A DNA stretch of 64,000 nt from an uncultured Candidatus Saccharibacteria bacterium (GCA_964615415.1 CAZTNI010000002.1:4873-68872), one strand, 5' to 3'. Counted from the first letter of the stretch, positions 27,831 to 38,842 are shown. Program-made: numbers and translations. Notes: generated from the sequence alone by a model not told the origin.

Positions 27831-28046
27831 CTAGTCGAACTGGCCGCCCAGCTGGTGCTGGTGTTCAGCCTGCTGTTGCTGCCGAGGCGTTGCCCAGTGT
27901 TCGCGCTGGTTAGGCTGCGGCCCAGCAACGTCGCCGTCGATGTGTACGGGTTCGTGTGCCGGTTTTGCCGCCGGTATGTCCGGCAACTTGTTGTGGGGAC
28001 TTTGGGGGACGCCGCTCTCGTGTAGCTTGTGATGACCGGAAACCAA
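27831..28046 (-). CDS. Small His/Gln/Pro-rich hypothetical protein
   Basis: GGGAG SD plus TTG start; terminator-like hairpin at 27782-27807. Confidence 0.4.
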   Translation of the reverse strand: MVSGHHKLHESGVPQSPHNKLPDIPAAKPAHEPVHIDGDVAGPQPNQREHWATPRQQQQAEHQHQLGGQFD

Positions 28047-28197
28047 GAGACTCTCCCTATTTGTATGTGGTGGTAAGATCTTGTTCGTTCCGACAAGAAT
28101 AACTCGAGTCAGACAACCTATTTACTATAGTTTTCAAGCTACATTCAGTCAATCTGTGAGTGGTGGAAGACTCTAAAAGATGCTATAATGAAGGGGT

Positions 28198-28815
28198 ATG
28201 GTTATTAACTACCTTGGCGGCGAGTGCTTCAAGATAACTCAGGGCGACCTCACGATAGCGTTTAACCCTCCTTCAAAAGATTCTAAGTTAAAGAGCCCGA
28301 AATTTGGTTCGGATGTTGTCTTTACGTCAATGAACCATGAAGACTTCAATGGTATTGAAAACGTCTCCTTTGGCGACCGCGAGCCATTTATTGTGAGCGG
28401 TCCTGGCGAATACGAAGTAAAAGGTGTTGCGGTGCGTGGCTTCGGTACCGACTCGACCTATGGCGGTGAGAAAACGATCAATACTATTTATAGTATTTTG
28501 CTCGAGGGAACGACGCTCTGCTTCCTAGGTGCCTTGGGTACTGGCGACTTGCCGACCGCCGCGAAGCAAGAACTCGATGAGATCGACATTCTTTTCCTCC
28601 CGATTGGTGGCGAGGGAGTTTTGGACTATGCAGCTGCATACAAGCTTGCGGTACAATTAGAGCCGAAGGCGATTATCCCGATGCACTACACGCCAGAAAG
28701 TTTGAAAGCCTTTTTGAAAGAAGCGGGCGAGACGGTTGCACCGGTTGAAAAACTGACCGTAAAGAAAAAAGATCTCGAAGGTAAGGAACAAGAGATCGTC
28801 GTGCTCCAATCGTAA
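28198..28815 (+). CDS. MBL-fold metallo-hydrolase-like protein
   Basis: YLGGECFKI, GPGEYEVKG, DILFLPIGG, IIPMHY. Confidence 0.85.
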   Translation: MVINYLGGECFKITQGDLTIAFNPPSKDSKLKSPKFGSDVVFTSMNHEDFNGIENVSFGDREPFIVSGPGEYEVKGVAVRGFGTDSTYGGEKTINTIYSILLEGTTLCFLGALGTGDLPTAAKQELDEIDILFLPIGGEGVLDYAAAYKLAVQLEPKAIIPMHYTPESLKAFLKEAGETVAPVEKLTVKKKDLEGKEQEIVVLQS

Positions 28816-28816
28816 T

Positions 28817-29065
28817 ATGAAAAAATATATCCACCACATGCGCACTGAGCGCACACCACACCAGCGCCGACAAGCCGCACTGCAAATTGCGAGCATCGTC
28901 ACCGCGGTGTTGTTTGTGGGCTGGATAGCAACACTCGGCGTGCGCCTTGCAACGACCGACAAACTTGCAGATGAAAACACGACGCAGTTGGTGTCGTCTG
29001 TCGAAAGTGGCGTCGAGGCACTGCAAGCGGGGTGGGAAGCATCGTACTATCAAACAAATCGGTAA
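28817..29065 (+). CDS. Small single-pass membrane protein
   Basis: Fills the gap before gyrA; one TM helix. Confidence 0.7.
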   Translation: MKKYIHHMRTERTPHQRRQAALQIASIVTAVLFVGWIATLGVRLATTDKLADENTTQLVSSVESGVEALQAGWEASYYQTNR

Positions 29066-29078
29066 TTACTAATACGGT

Positions 29079-31544
29079 ATGGCAGAAGAGGAGAAGAAAC
29101 CAGGGAATAATGGCAATGGCATTGTAGGCCGCAATATTTCGCAGGAAATGCGCGAAGCGTACTTGGACTACGCTATGTCCGTTATCACCTCGCGCGCACT
29201 CCCGGACGTGCGCGACGGCCTAAAGCCAGTGCACCGCCGCATTCTCTACGCGATGCATCGCATGGGTCTTACCGCAGGCAGCCGCTTCCGCAAGTCGGCA
29301 ACAGTGGTGGGCGATGTGCTTGGTAAGTACCACCCGCACGGCGACGCGTCGGTGTATGACGCGATGGTAAAAATGGCGCAGGACTTTTCTATGCGCTACC
29401 CGCTTATTTTGGGTCAGGGTAACTTCGGTTCTATCGACGGCGACTCTGCTGCAGCTATGCGCTACACCGAGGCAAAGATGTCTCGGCTTGCAGACCAACT
29501 CCTGGGCGACTTGGACAAAGACACGGTTGAGTGGCGTCCGAACTACGACGGGACTCTTAGAGAGCCTGCGGTACTTCCGGCCGCAGTGCCAAACATTTTG
29601 TTAAACGGTACGCTCGGTATCGCCGTGGGTATGGCGACGTCTATCCCGCCGCACAACCTCAAAGAGCTTTCTAACGCGCTCCAGCATTTGATAGATAATC
29701 CTTCCGCAACGGTAGAGGACTTGATGGAATTTGTGTCTGGTCCGGACTTTCCAACCGGCGCCGTTGCGTTTAATAAAAAAGATCTGCTCCATGCATACTC
29801 GACCGGCCGCGGCGGCGTTGTGGTGCGCGGCAACGCAGAAATTGTTGAAGACAAAAAGGGTAACTTCCAGATTGTTATCACCAGTCTTCCATACCGCGTA
29901 AACAAGGCAGACATGCAAGAGCATATTGCCGACTTAGTGCGCGACAAAAAACTGGAGGGCATCCGCGCAATGCGGGACGAGTCGACCCGCGACATTCGCG
30001 TTGTGCTCGACTTAAAGCAGGGTGCGCACCCGCAAAAAGTTTTGAACTATCTCTACAAGCACACGCAGCTTGAGGACACCTTCCACTTCAACATGGTGGT
30101 GTTGGTTGATGGCGTGCCGCAGACGATGTCGCTCAAGGGCATCCTTGAGGAGTTTATTAAACACCGTCGCGAGGTAGTAAAACGCCGTACGCAGTTTGAC
30201 CTTACGAAGGCACAGGACCGCGAGCATATTCTCCTTGGTCTTAAAAAAGCGCTCGACCACATCGACGAGATCATCAAGACGATCCGTGCATCGAAGGATG
30301 TTGCTGACGCTCATAAGAACTTGATGAGTAAATTTAAATTCTCTGCACTGCAGGCAACGGCTATTTTGGAAATGCGCTTGCAGAAGCTTGCAAACCTTGA
30401 GCGCAAGAAGATCGAAGACGAACTCGCAGAGGTACAGGCCCTTATTGCAGAACTGACAGACCTTTTGAAGAGCGACAAGAAGATGCTCGGCGTCGTCCGC
30501 AAGGAAATCGGCGAAGTGTCCGAGAAATACGGCGACGACCGCTTAACGAAAGTTATGAAGGGTGGCGCAGGCATCATTAATATTGAAGACTTGGTGCCAG
30601 ACGAGGAGCAGGTACTTGTTATGACGCAAGGCGGTTACGTAAAGCGTACTAACCCAGAAGAATTTAAGCGCCAGAAGCGCGGCGGTGTGGGCGTTATCGA
30701 CCTCGACACAAAAGAAGAGGACTTTGTAACGACCTTCCTGACGACCTCGACGCACAGCGACGTGCTCTTCTTCAGCGACCAGGGTAAGGCGTATCAAATT
30801 AAATTCTATGAACTTCCGGAAGGGAAGCGCTCAACTAAGGGCAAGGCGTTGGTGAACTTCCTCTCGCTGACTGACACAGAAAAAGTGTCTTCGATCCTTC
30901 CGATGCGTAAAAATCAGAAAGAGGGCGAGAAGTTCCTCTATATGATCACCAAACAAGGTGTCGCAAAGAAGGTAGATGCAACTGCGTTCCACGACGTGCG
31001 TCGCAGCGGCCTTATTGCTATTAAACTCCAAAAGGGTGACGAACTTATTGCAGCACTCTTGGTAGAAAAGGGTGATGAAATTCTCCTTGCTTCAGCAAAG
31101 GGTCAGTCGATTCGCTTTAAGGAAAGTGATATTCGCTCGATGGGTCGCGCAGCAGGTGGCGTGCGCGGTATGAAGTTGGGTAGTGGCGACACCATCGTAA
31201 GTGCCGACGTTGTTAAGAAGGGTCAGAAAAACCTAGAGATCTTGGTAGTGTCGCGCAACGGCTTTGGCAAAACAACACCAGAAAAAGAATACAAGGTACA
31301 AAAGCGCGGCGGCAGCGGCATCAAGACCGTTAAAGTAACTCCAAAGACCGGCCCACTCATTGCATCGAAAGTAATTTCGAAAGAAGAGGGTGTAGGCGAA
31401 GACGAGATTGTAGTTATCTCCCAGAAAGGCCAAGTGATCCGCACTGGTCTTGCAGAAATCCCATCACTCTCAAGAGGCACTCAAGGAGTAAGAATAATGA
31501 AACTCCGCGATGGTGACGCAATCGCCAGCTTTGTTTGTATCTAA
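29079..31544 (+). CDS. gyrA: DNA gyrase subunit A
   Basis: [21 protein letters not shown], GyrA box QKRGGVG. Confidence 0.98.
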   Translation: MAEEEKKPGNNGNGIVGRNISQEMREAYLDYAMSVITSRALPDVRDGLKPVHRRILYAMHRMGLTAGSRFRKSATVVGDVLGKYHPHGDASVYDAMVKMAQDFSMRYPLILGQGNFGSIDGDSAAAMRYTEAKMSRLADQLLGDLDKDTVEWRPNYDGTLREPAVLPAAVPNILLNGTLGIAVGMATSIPPHNLKELSNALQHLIDNPSATVEDLMEFVSGPDFPTGAVAFNKKDLLHAYSTGRGGVVVRGNAEIVEDKKGNFQIVITSLPYRVNKADMQEHIADLVRDKKLEGIRAMRDESTRDIRVVLDLKQGAHPQKVLNYLYKHTQLEDTFHFNMVVLVDGVPQTMSLKGILEEFIKHRREVVKRRTQFDLTKAQDREHILLGLKKALDHIDEIIKTIRASKDVADAHKNLMSKFKFSALQATAILEMRLQKLANLERKKIEDELAEVQALIAELTDLLKSDKKMLGVVRKEIGEVSEKYGDDRLTKVMKGGAGIINIEDLVPDEEQVLVMTQGGYVKRTNPEEFKRQKRGGVGVIDLDTKEEDFVTTFLTTSTHSDVLFFSDQGKAYQIKFYELPEGKRSTKGKALVNFLSLTDTEKVSSILPMRKNQKEGEKFLYMITKQGVAKKVDATAFHDVRRSGLIAIKLQKGDELIAALLVEKGDEILLASAKGQSIRFKESDIRSMGRAAGGVRGMKLGSGDTIVSADVVKKGQKNLEILVVSRNGFGKTTPEKEYKVQKRGGSGIKTVKVTPKTGPLIASKVISKEEGVGEDEIVVISQKGQVIRTGLAEIPSLSRGTQGVRIMKLRDGDAIASFVCI

Positions 31545-31556
31545 GTGTACTATTCT

Positions 31557-32795
31557 ATGCCTTCCAGTAAAGAAAAGGGTGATCTGCTGGAAGAGATAAT
31601 TGAAGAACTGTGCGTAGGAATTAAAAATGTAAAAGTATCACGAAATTTAAAAATAATTGGTAAAAAAACTAAAGAAGAAAGAGAAATCGACGTTTATATC
31701 GAAGGAAAACAAGGAGTATTTGATATAAAAATTGCAATTGAATCTAAAAATTATGGAGAACCAGTGGGTGTTGAAAAAGTTGAGAGTTTCAAAGCAAAGT
31801 TAGAAGATATTGCTGCTGATTTAGGTGTAATGGTGTGTCCAACTGGATTTACAGAGCCAGCAAAAAAACGAGCAGAGTTTGACGGAATTCAATTATTTGA
31901 GGTGTATGATGAACGGCTGGGTAACAGCAAATGGTTTATTCCTATTCGTTTCATTGAACCTGAATTAACAAAACATCGCTTTACTTTTAAAGGGAGGGGA
32001 GGTGGTCCTTTCTCAATATCTATAGATTCACAAAAATGGAGATTTCATATAGAAGGGAAAATACTCACAACTGAAGAGTTCACCACCTATCTGTGGAATA
32101 AAGGAAAGATTCCTCAAAAAGCAGGTGAACATAAAATTGATCACGGCGCAGTCGTTATTAGTGAAGAAGGGAATCCAGATAAGGTGCAATATTGTGAAAT
32201 AGAAGTAGATGTTGTAGTTGAAGAGCGATATTTTTTAAAATTAATTCCAGCCTCTTTTCTTAAAAAAACTTCTGAAAATAAACAAAATTTCCAAATCAAA
32301 TTAGATCTCTATTCTAAGGAAAAAGACATGTTAAATAATGGTTGGAGAAAATTTCTCACTTTAGAAGAAATGAACCAAGCGGCAGATATTGAAAATCAAC
32401 CAGAAGGAATTAGGGGTTTAATATTGCATCCGAAGTATACGTATGAGTATGCTAAAAAGCACGAATTGCGTTTGCATCCGCGACCTTTCGAAAAGATTCG
32501 CAGCGGCAAGCAAATAATCGAGTCGCGGCTCAATGATGAAAAGCGTCAACAGATTAAAGTCGGGGACCATCTTGTGTTTGCTTTGCGGCCAGATTTTGTA
32601 GAAAAAGAAGAGGTGGAAGTGGTGGAGCTAATCCATGCGCCCACATTCCGCGACCTATTTCTTTCGCGTCCACTTACGGAATTTGGTATAGAAGATGGAA
32701 ACATTGAGCGAGTAGAAAATATGTACGAATACTACTCCAAAGAAGATGAAGCAAAATACGGAGTAGTTGGTATAAAATTTAAAAAACATGGCTAA
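31557..32795 (+). CDS. Mrr-like PD-(D/E)xK restriction endonuclease domain fused to a C-terminal ASCH domain
   Basis: KG..LE, REIDV, IAIESKNY, GFTEPA at the N-terminus; PFEKIRSGKQIIESRLNDEKRQQIKVGD...YGVVGI at the C-terminus; AT-rich. Confidence 0.8.
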   Translation: MPSSKEKGDLLEEIIEELCVGIKNVKVSRNLKIIGKKTKEEREIDVYIEGKQGVFDIKIAIESKNYGEPVGVEKVESFKAKLEDIAADLGVMVCPTGFTEPAKKRAEFDGIQLFEVYDERLGNSKWFIPIRFIEPELTKHRFTFKGRGGGPFSISIDSQKWRFHIEGKILTTEEFTTYLWNKGKIPQKAGEHKIDHGAVVISEEGNPDKVQYCEIEVDVVVEERYFLKLIPASFLKKTSENKQNFQIKLDLYSKEKDMLNNGWRKFLTLEEMNQAADIENQPEGIRGLILHPKYTYEYAKKHELRLHPRPFEKIRSGKQIIESRLNDEKRQQIKVGDHLVFALRPDFVEKEEVEVVELIHAPTFRDLFLSRPLTEFGIEDGNIERVENMYEYYSKEDEAKYGVVGIKFKKHG

Positions 32796-33264
32796 ACCTC
32801 CACAACAGTCGCCGGATTTTCCTGATGCTTTTTATCGTGTGACGGTAAAGGGGATCTGTGTGCGTGATGGAAAAGTGCTTTTTGTGCGCGATGTCACGAA
32901 TAAACATCGTGTAAATGGTTCTTTAGAGCTTCCTGGTGGCGGGCTCGATTTTGGCGAAGATATAGAAAAAGGTTTTGTGCGCGAGGTGCAAGAGGAAATG
33001 GGTTTGAAAGTAAAATGGATGTCCAAAAAACCTTTGTATCTCTGGACGTCGAAACAGGGGTCGAGGCGGGGAATGGAATGGTACTGGGTGCTTGTGCTCG
33101 CATATACGTTTGATGTAGAAGATTTTAACTTCACTCCTACTGACGAATGCAGAGAGTTAGTTTTTCTCTCTAAGGAAGAAATGAAAGAACGTCGCGACGA
33201 CATGGCAACCCAGATTCAATTTTTGGTTGAATATTTTGATCCAAAGGATTTTGAAAATAAGTAG
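32788..33264 (+). CDS. Nudix hydrolase
   Basis: PGGGLDFGEDIEKGFVREVQEEMG Nudix box; 8-nt overlap with the upstream gene. Confidence 0.9.
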   Translation: MAKPPQQSPDFPDAFYRVTVKGICVRDGKVLFVRDVTNKHRVNGSLELPGGGLDFGEDIEKGFVREVQEEMGLKVKWMSKKPLYLWTSKQGSRRGMEWYWVLVLAYTFDVEDFNFTPTDECRELVFLSKEEMKERRDDMATQIQFLVEYFDPKDFENK

Positions 33265-33343
33265 AGCAGATGGTTGACTAACTGAGGTTTTTGTACTATT
33301 ATAGTTTCGGAACTTCCTTACACACAACAGGAAAGGGAATCAC

Positions 33344-33841
33344 ATGGGTTTCTTTAGCTTCTTTTTTGGCGGGAACAAGAAGCCTGCGCGCCAGCAGTGG
33401 CCGCAGGACCGCTTTGTCCCGCCTCCGCCTCCTCCTGCGTCTGCTCATACTCATCGGCGGAAGCCGAGGTATGTCATCGGTCCGAATCGGAAGGTGTTCT
33501 ACCCGCAGCCGAATGGGACCTATCAGGCCGATGACGGCGCGGTCATCAACTCTGTCATCCTCCAGGGCTTGCTCGCGGATGGTGAGGTGGGCGGGTACCG
33601 TGCGGTTGAGACGTTGCCGGCTGACCTGGTGCGTCATCCGCAGCCGCCCAGCATGGGACACGGCGTGCCGGTCTTCGACGCTCATGCGCATCATCGCCAT
33701 GACCACGGACTGCATCATCGTCATGAACCGGCTCACACGCCTTCCGGCTTCGATTCAAGCCCGTCCCTGGGTGGTGGCTCTGACACAGGCGGTGGCTCTT
33801 CTGGCGGGGGCGACTCCGGTGGCGGAGGTGGGAGCTTCTAG
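33344..33841 (+). CDS. Hypothetical low-complexity protein (Pro-, His- and Gly/Ser-rich)
   Basis: Promoter TTGACT...TACTAT and SD upstream; terminator at about 33868-33893. Confidence 0.65.
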   Translation: MGFFSFFFGGNKKPARQQWPQDRFVPPPPPPASAHTHRRKPRYVIGPNRKVFYPQPNGTYQADDGAVINSVILQGLLADGEVGGYRAVETLPADLVRHPQPPSMGHGVPVFDAHAHHRHDHGLHHRHEPAHTPSGFDSSPSLGGGSDTGGGSSGGGDSGGGGGSF

Positions 33842-33939
33842 CACTCTTGTTCTTCTATAATATGCAGCCGCGGCACAAAGTGCCGCGGTTTTTCTTTTTG
33901 TGGTATAACTCCGGTTAGAATTGAACCCGGGAGACAACG

Positions 33940-34362
33940 ATGCAGACAATTGAAGACAAACCAAAGGTAATAGAAAAGGTTGCGTGGACATACATACGCG
34001 ACGGCAAAGTGCTCATGGCTCGCTCACGTGAACAAACACTTTTTTATTGCCCTGGCGGCAAGATAGAGAGTGGCGAGACGCACGTGCAAGCGCTTGTCCG
34101 AGAAATCGACGAAGAGCTTGGTGTCAGTATTGTCCCTGACACGATAGAGGCGTTTTGTTTGGTTGAAGGTCCGGCGCATGGCCGTCAGGACACGCTGCTC
34201 CGCATGCACTGCTACACGGCAGACTATGTAGGAATGCTTACTCCTTCGGGAGAAGTCGAAGAATATGATTTTCTTGGTACTTCCAAAGAGGATCTGGCGC
34301 GAACAACCGAGTCTGGCCGCCTCTACCTTGCGCAAGTGCAGGTGCGCGGGCTTATTGCCTAA
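33940..34362 (+). CDS. Nudix hydrolase
   Basis: PGGKIESGETHVQALVREIDEELG. Confidence 0.9.
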   Translation: MQTIEDKPKVIEKVAWTYIRDGKVLMARSREQTLFYCPGGKIESGETHVQALVREIDEELGVSIVPDTIEAFCLVEGPAHGRQDTLLRMHCYTADYVGMLTPSGEVEEYDFLGTSKEDLARTTESGRLYLAQVQVRGLIA

Positions 34363-34416
34363 GCGCCTGCATTTGCTACGATGCGCAGTATCTAGCTTTC
34401 AACAAGGGAGAGTAAG

Positions 34417-34713
34417 ATGACGCTTAAGCAGCGTCGGCGCATCAAGCGCCGGAATGGAATTCATGTGCCTACCCGCGCTTCGAAGCGCGGGTGGAAGGCG
34501 CGGGGCTTTATGGCCCTTGCTTTGGCACCGACGCCGCCGCGCGCTCCGGAGCCGGTCGCGGTACGCACTGTGGCGTCCAAGCCTCGTGTGTTGCCGGGGT
34601 CGACCCCTACGAAGCCGAGGGTCGCGCAGTTGCCGGAGTCGCTCATGAAGCCGGTCAGGCGCCCTCGGCGCAAGCAGCCGCATCCCGACGAGGAGCTTGC
34701 AGCAGCCGAATAG
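34417..34713 (+). CDS. Small Arg/Pro-rich basic hypothetical protein
   Basis: SD GGGAG; terminator at 34736-34762. Confidence 0.6.
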   Translation: MTLKQRRRIKRRNGIHVPTRASKRGWKARGFMALALAPTPPRAPEPVAVRTVASKPRVLPGSTPTKPRVAQLPESLMKPVRRPRRKQPHPDEELAAAE

Positions 34714-34821
34714 CCTGCACTGTTCTTTTAATATCGCCGCACCCTCACGAGGGTGCGGCTTTTCTTAATCGTATCTTTAGCGGCACTGTAAGAAAATAAG
34801 ATCTCACACATCATATAGGGT

Positions 34822-34974
34822 ATGAGAGCGCGATATTATTACTATAGAGACACTGCTGGGGTAACCCTTCTAACACTTGCGGTAGTCACCGCATACTCGC
34901 TCTGGGGTGCCCATGTGCTTAAAGCAGAGAGTTCTGTGGGAGCGGTCTCACAGGCTGTCGCTGTAGAAAGTTAA
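34822..34974 (+). CDS. Small membrane protein, 50 aa (MRARYYYYRDTAGVTLLTLAVVTAYSLWGAH...)
   Basis: Translated by hand; fills the gap; one TM helix. Confidence 0.45.
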   Translation: MRARYYYYRDTAGVTLLTLAVVTAYSLWGAHVLKAESSVGAVSQAVAVES

Positions 34975-34993
34975 TAGTACTATTCACCTATAT

Positions 34994-35743
34994 ATGATGA
35001 ATAAGCAATTTATTGCAGGGTTCGTGCTCGCAGCCTTGGTGCTGGTCGGAGCAGTTACCTTTGCTTCGTGGAATGGGGGCGGCACGCCTGTGGATTCCGG
35101 CAACACGTCGAGCGGCTTGTCGCAGGCAGACAAAACTCGTTTTATTGATACTGTGCGCGCAAAGGTTGTGGCGGAAATCGGTCAGCCGATCGAAGGCTAC
35201 GAGCCGTTTATGTTTATGCGTGTGTATCCGGGGTTAATCGCGCAGGATTTCAACAACATAGATGCGCTCATTGGCCGCTATGTGGTAGCTAATGGTCAGG
35301 TAACCTACGACCTTAATGGCGAACAGGAACTGCATTCTGCAGCTCGTGCGATTTCCGACGAAGGCATGGAGCAGTTGTTTCTGAACATTCTTGCCCGCAT
35401 AAGTTTGATGGCCGGCAGCGACCAGGTTGATGGCGTCTTGAATGCAATTAGCGCAGCTCCAGGTCCGGATCCGACTGTCGGCACAGGAACTGAGACGACG
35501 CTTACGGGCAAGATCACTTGCCTCCCGCACAAGGGTGACGGTCCGCACACTATGGAATGCGCATTCGGTCTGGTGACCGCCGAGGGTAACCACTATGCGC
35601 TGCAAAATCTGTGGGATGTTGCACCGACTATTACCGACACCGAAGTGCGCGTACGTGTTACCGGCGTAGTTTCTACACCGGCAGCGAACGAAAAATACGA
35701 CATTGTTGGTGTTGTAAAAGTAACAAAAGTAGAAAAACTCTAA
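34994..35743 (+). CDS. Membrane-anchored extracellular hypothetical protein
   Basis: N-terminal TM helix; C-terminal beta domain with CLPHK...ECAFG. Confidence 0.75.
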   Translation: MMNKQFIAGFVLAALVLVGAVTFASWNGGGTPVDSGNTSSGLSQADKTRFIDTVRAKVVAEIGQPIEGYEPFMFMRVYPGLIAQDFNNIDALIGRYVVANGQVTYDLNGEQELHSAARAISDEGMEQLFLNILARISLMAGSDQVDGVLNAISAAPGPDPTVGTGTETTLTGKITCLPHKGDGPHTMECAFGLVTAEGNHYALQNLWDVAPTITDTEVRVRVTGVVSTPAANEKYDIVGVVKVTKVEKL

Positions 35744-35799
35744 ACAATGTTTCCAAAACTGCCCCACTCGGGGCAGTTTTTCGGTATATACTTGGGGAG

Positions 35800-36342
35800 A
35801 TGAACGACAGTTCGTTTTTAAATCCTCTCCAAGCAGTTGCCGCGGCGCATGTGCACGAAGGCATGCATGTTGCGGACTTTGGTAGCGGGTCCGGCTTTTT
35901 TGCTCGCGCAGCTGCGCGGGAAGTGGGCGAGCACGGGGTCGTATGGGCGATAGACATTAACCGCGATCTTCTGCCACGACTGAAAACCATCGCGCATGCT
36001 GAAGGCTTGCGTAATGTCGAAGTGCTCCACGGTAATGTGTCAGAGGAAAAGGGGAGCAACTTGCCGCCCGACTCTGTCGACCTGGTTATAGCAGCGAACG
36101 TGTTATTTACGCTTGAAGACAAAGAAGGCTGCGTTAAGGAAATAAAACGCGTACTTAAAAAGGGTGGCCGCGCTTTGGTTATAGACTGGTCGGACTCTTG
36201 GGGCGGCTTGGGTCCGCACAAAGACCATGTGCTTACGGAGGCAGATGCGCGCGAGCTGTTTGAAAAACATGGGTTTCTTACGAGCGACCCCATTCCTGCG
36301 GGTGCCTACCACTGGGGATTTATCGGTAGGAAAAAGTCGTAA
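35800..36342 (+). CDS. Class I SAM-dependent methyltransferase
   Basis: VADFGSGSG, AIDI, RVLKKGG; ATG 7 nt after TATACT. Confidence 0.9.
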   Translation: MNDSSFLNPLQAVAAAHVHEGMHVADFGSGSGFFARAAAREVGEHGVVWAIDINRDLLPRLKTIAHAEGLRNVEVLHGNVSEEKGSNLPPDSVDLVIAANVLFTLEDKEGCVKEIKRVLKKGGRALVIDWSDSWGGLGPHKDHVLTEADARELFEKHGFLTSDPIPAGAYHWGFIGRKKS

Positions 36343-36364
36343 GGTGCGGCACTATTAAGCAAAC

Positions 36365-37657
36365 ATGTCTACATTTCAAATTATTGTGCTCGGTATATTT
36401 GGCGCATTAGTGCTCCTTGGTGTCGGTGTGTTTGCTACGATGGGGGGCTTGGGTAACAGTAATGCGGTGGGGAATGTAGTGGTGTGGGGTACGCTGCCCG
36501 CACTGACGGTCAACGAGGCACTAGCAGAGGGAGACAAAGACATATTGGGAGGTGTGTCGTATGTATATAAAAATCCTGCTACGTATGAAAAAGATTTAGT
36601 AGACGCTATGGCGAGCGGCAAGGGTCCGGACCTCTTCTTGATATCGACCGAAGAGGTAACTACCTTTGCCGACAAAATCATCCCTATTCCGTATCGCTAT
36701 GTCTCGCAGGGTACGTTTTTAAACTCGTTTATAGACGGCGCACAACAATTCCTAACTCCGCAGGGCGCACTCGCGCTACCGTTTACGATCGACCCGCTTG
36801 TTATGTACTGGAACCGGGACCTCTTTGCGGGTGCAGGTGTTGCAACGCCGCCGGTCTACTGGAACGACTTTTTAGAATTGGCGCCGAAAATAACGTCGTA
36901 TAACGTTGGTTCTGCGGTAAAGAAAAGTAGCGTTGCTCTTGGCGAGTGGCGCAATGTCGACCATGCAAAAGAAATTTTATACACGCTCTTTATGCAAGCG
37001 GGTGACCGTGTTGTGGTGCGCGGGAGTAACGGTACGCCTACGTCAGTCTTTGGGGAAAATACCGCGCGCGTAAACGGTGCAGCGGAGTCTGTGGTGCGCT
37101 TTTATACCGAATTTGCCAACCCGACAAAAACCAGCTACTCGTGGAATCGTTCCCTCCCGCGCTCGCGTGAAGCATTTATTGCCGGCGACTTGGCAGTGTA
37201 TTTTGGGTTAGTGAGCGAGGGAAGCAGTTTTGTCACTCGCAACCCTAACCTGCGCTTTGGTGTAGCGGAAGTGCCGCAGATTGAGGGAAATAGCTCAAAA
37301 TTTACCTACGGCTTACTGAGTGGGCTCGCTATTGCCCGCACGGCGCGCAATCCAAACGGCGCCGTTGTTGTGGCTCAAGAGTTATCTGGACCGGCAGTTG
37401 TTGCGGCGCTTGTGGGCACGACCGGGTTGCCGCCGGTCCGACGCGATGTCTCGGTAAATACCACCGCGAACGCCAGTGTTGGAATTGCTATAAAGTCGGC
37501 GTTGTACTCGTGGGGCTTCCTTGACCCTAATCCACTGGAGACCTCTGCCGCATTTCAGACCATGATAGAATCCGTAATAAGCGGGGCAAATACGCCAAGC
37601 GAAGCAGTGCGGGATGCTGCACAGGAACTTCGTTCACTTATGCCTTCGTCTCGATAA
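36365..37657 (+). CDS. Extracellular solute-binding protein (sugar-SBP fold)
   Basis: N-terminal TM; GPDLF, LVMYWNRDLF, F..G.LAVYFG. Confidence 0.85.
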   Translation: MSTFQIIVLGIFGALVLLGVGVFATMGGLGNSNAVGNVVVWGTLPALTVNEALAEGDKDILGGVSYVYKNPATYEKDLVDAMASGKGPDLFLISTEEVTTFADKIIPIPYRYVSQGTFLNSFIDGAQQFLTPQGALALPFTIDPLVMYWNRDLFAGAGVATPPVYWNDFLELAPKITSYNVGSAVKKSSVALGEWRNVDHAKEILYTLFMQAGDRVVVRGSNGTPTSVFGENTARVNGAAESVVRFYTEFANPTKTSYSWNRSLPRSREAFIAGDLAVYFGLVSEGSSFVTRNPNLRFGVAEVPQIEGNSSKFTYGLLSGLAIARTARNPNGAVVVAQELSGPAVVAALVGTTGLPPVRRDVSVNTTANASVGIAIKSALYSWGFLDPNPLETSAAFQTMIESVISGANTPSEAVRDAAQELRSLMPSSR

Positions 37658-37660
37658 CGT

Positions 37661-38071
37661 ATGATACGCACATTTTTTGTAACTCTGGCACTCCTCCTTT
37701 CGCCGCTATTTGTCTTTGCACAAGGAGGAGGGTTTGATACACCAGGTGGTGGTGTTGATACTGCAGGAGGAGGAGTCGACAATGCCTACTCGCTCCAGAA
37801 TCCTCTTAACGTTAGCTCTGTTCCGGAGCTCCTCGACCGATTTTTCCAAGCGATTCTTATAATTGTAGTGCCGTTTGCGGTTTTGTTTATTGTCTACGCT
37901 GGTTTTCGGCTTATTCTTGCGCGTGGTAATCCGAAGGAGCTTGCAACCGCGAAGCGTCAGCTCCTTTATACACTGCTTGGTATCGCAATTGTTATCAGTG
38001 CCTCAATCATCATCAATATCCTGATAGACACCGCGTGTCAGGTTGATATTAGAGGTGTGTCTGACTGCTAG
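37661..38071 (+). CDS. Pilin (T4SS/VirB2-TrbC-like, CPR type)
   Basis: Signal peptide VFAQ; IVYAGF..ARGNP..AK..L.YTLLG pattern. Confidence 0.8.
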   Translation: MIRTFFVTLALLLSPLFVFAQGGGFDTPGGGVDTAGGGVDNAYSLQNPLNVSSVPELLDRFFQAILIIVVPFAVLFIVYAGFRLILARGNPKELATAKRQLLYTLLGIAIVISASIIINILIDTACQVDIRGVSDC

Positions 38072-38073
38072 CT

Positions 38074-38409
38074 ATGTTTGAAGACGTCCGTACATTTGCA
38101 GACTTTGTGGCCGTTATAGTCGGCTATGTAAACCTTATTGTAGGGTTGTTAGCCTCGATAGCGTTGTTGATGTTTTTAGTAAACATTGTGCGTTTTGTAT
38201 TTGAAATCTCGAGCGGAAAGTATAAAGCAGAGCGTAAAAAGGCAATTATGTGGAGTGTTGTTGCGCTCTTCGTCCTTTTTTCTATTGCAGGCATTGTCCG
38301 TGTGTTGATGGTTACATTGTTGCCTAACGAAACGTACCGGGAGTCCTGGACCACAGACCGTACAAACTACCCGAACCAGTACCCGGTCGACATAGACTCG
38401 CTTAACTAG
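38074..38409 (+). CDS. Pilin-like two-TM protein
   Basis: K..IMWSVVALFV pattern. Confidence 0.7.
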   Translation: MFEDVRTFADFVAVIVGYVNLIVGLLASIALLMFLVNIVRFVFEISSGKYKAERKKAIMWSVVALFVLFSIAGIVRVLMVTLLPNETYRESWTTDRTNYPNQYPVDIDSLN

Positions 38410-38488
38410 TTGTCCACAGGAAGGCCCGCTGGGCCTTGAGGCAGGGGTTGGGTCTGCTACAGTTAAGGCATATAAGTATTAATATTGT

Positions 38489-38836
38489 ATGAAAAAGTTA
38501 CTTGCAGCTTCGTCTTTGATATATGCTCTTCCGTTCGTTGCGTTTGCACAGACAGACGCAAAAGATACTATTACTCAGCTTGTGGAAGCACTAGGAGGTA
38601 TCGTAGATCTTCTTATCCCAATAATGATCGGTTTGGCTCTCGTTATCTTCTTCTGGGGTCTTATCCGCTTCGTATTTAACCAGGGTAGCGATAAAGCAGC
38701 AGCTGCTAAGAAGTACATGCTTTGGAGCGTTATCGCACTCTTCATCATGGTGTCTATCATGGGCATTATCGGAGTGATCCGCACCACCTTGGGTGTTAAC
38801 GAGGATTCAACTATAAAGGCTCCAAGTATTAACTAA
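38489..38836 (+). CDS. Pilin (T4SS-pilin-like)
   Basis: AFAQ signal; FFWGLIRFV...AKKYMLWSVIALFIMVS. Confidence 0.8.
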   Translation: MKKLLAASSLIYALPFVAFAQTDAKDTITQLVEALGGIVDLLIPIMIGLALVIFFWGLIRFVFNQGSDKAAAAKKYMLWSVIALFIMVSIMGIIGVIRTTLGVNEDSTIKAPSIN

Positions 38837-38842
38837 TTCTGA

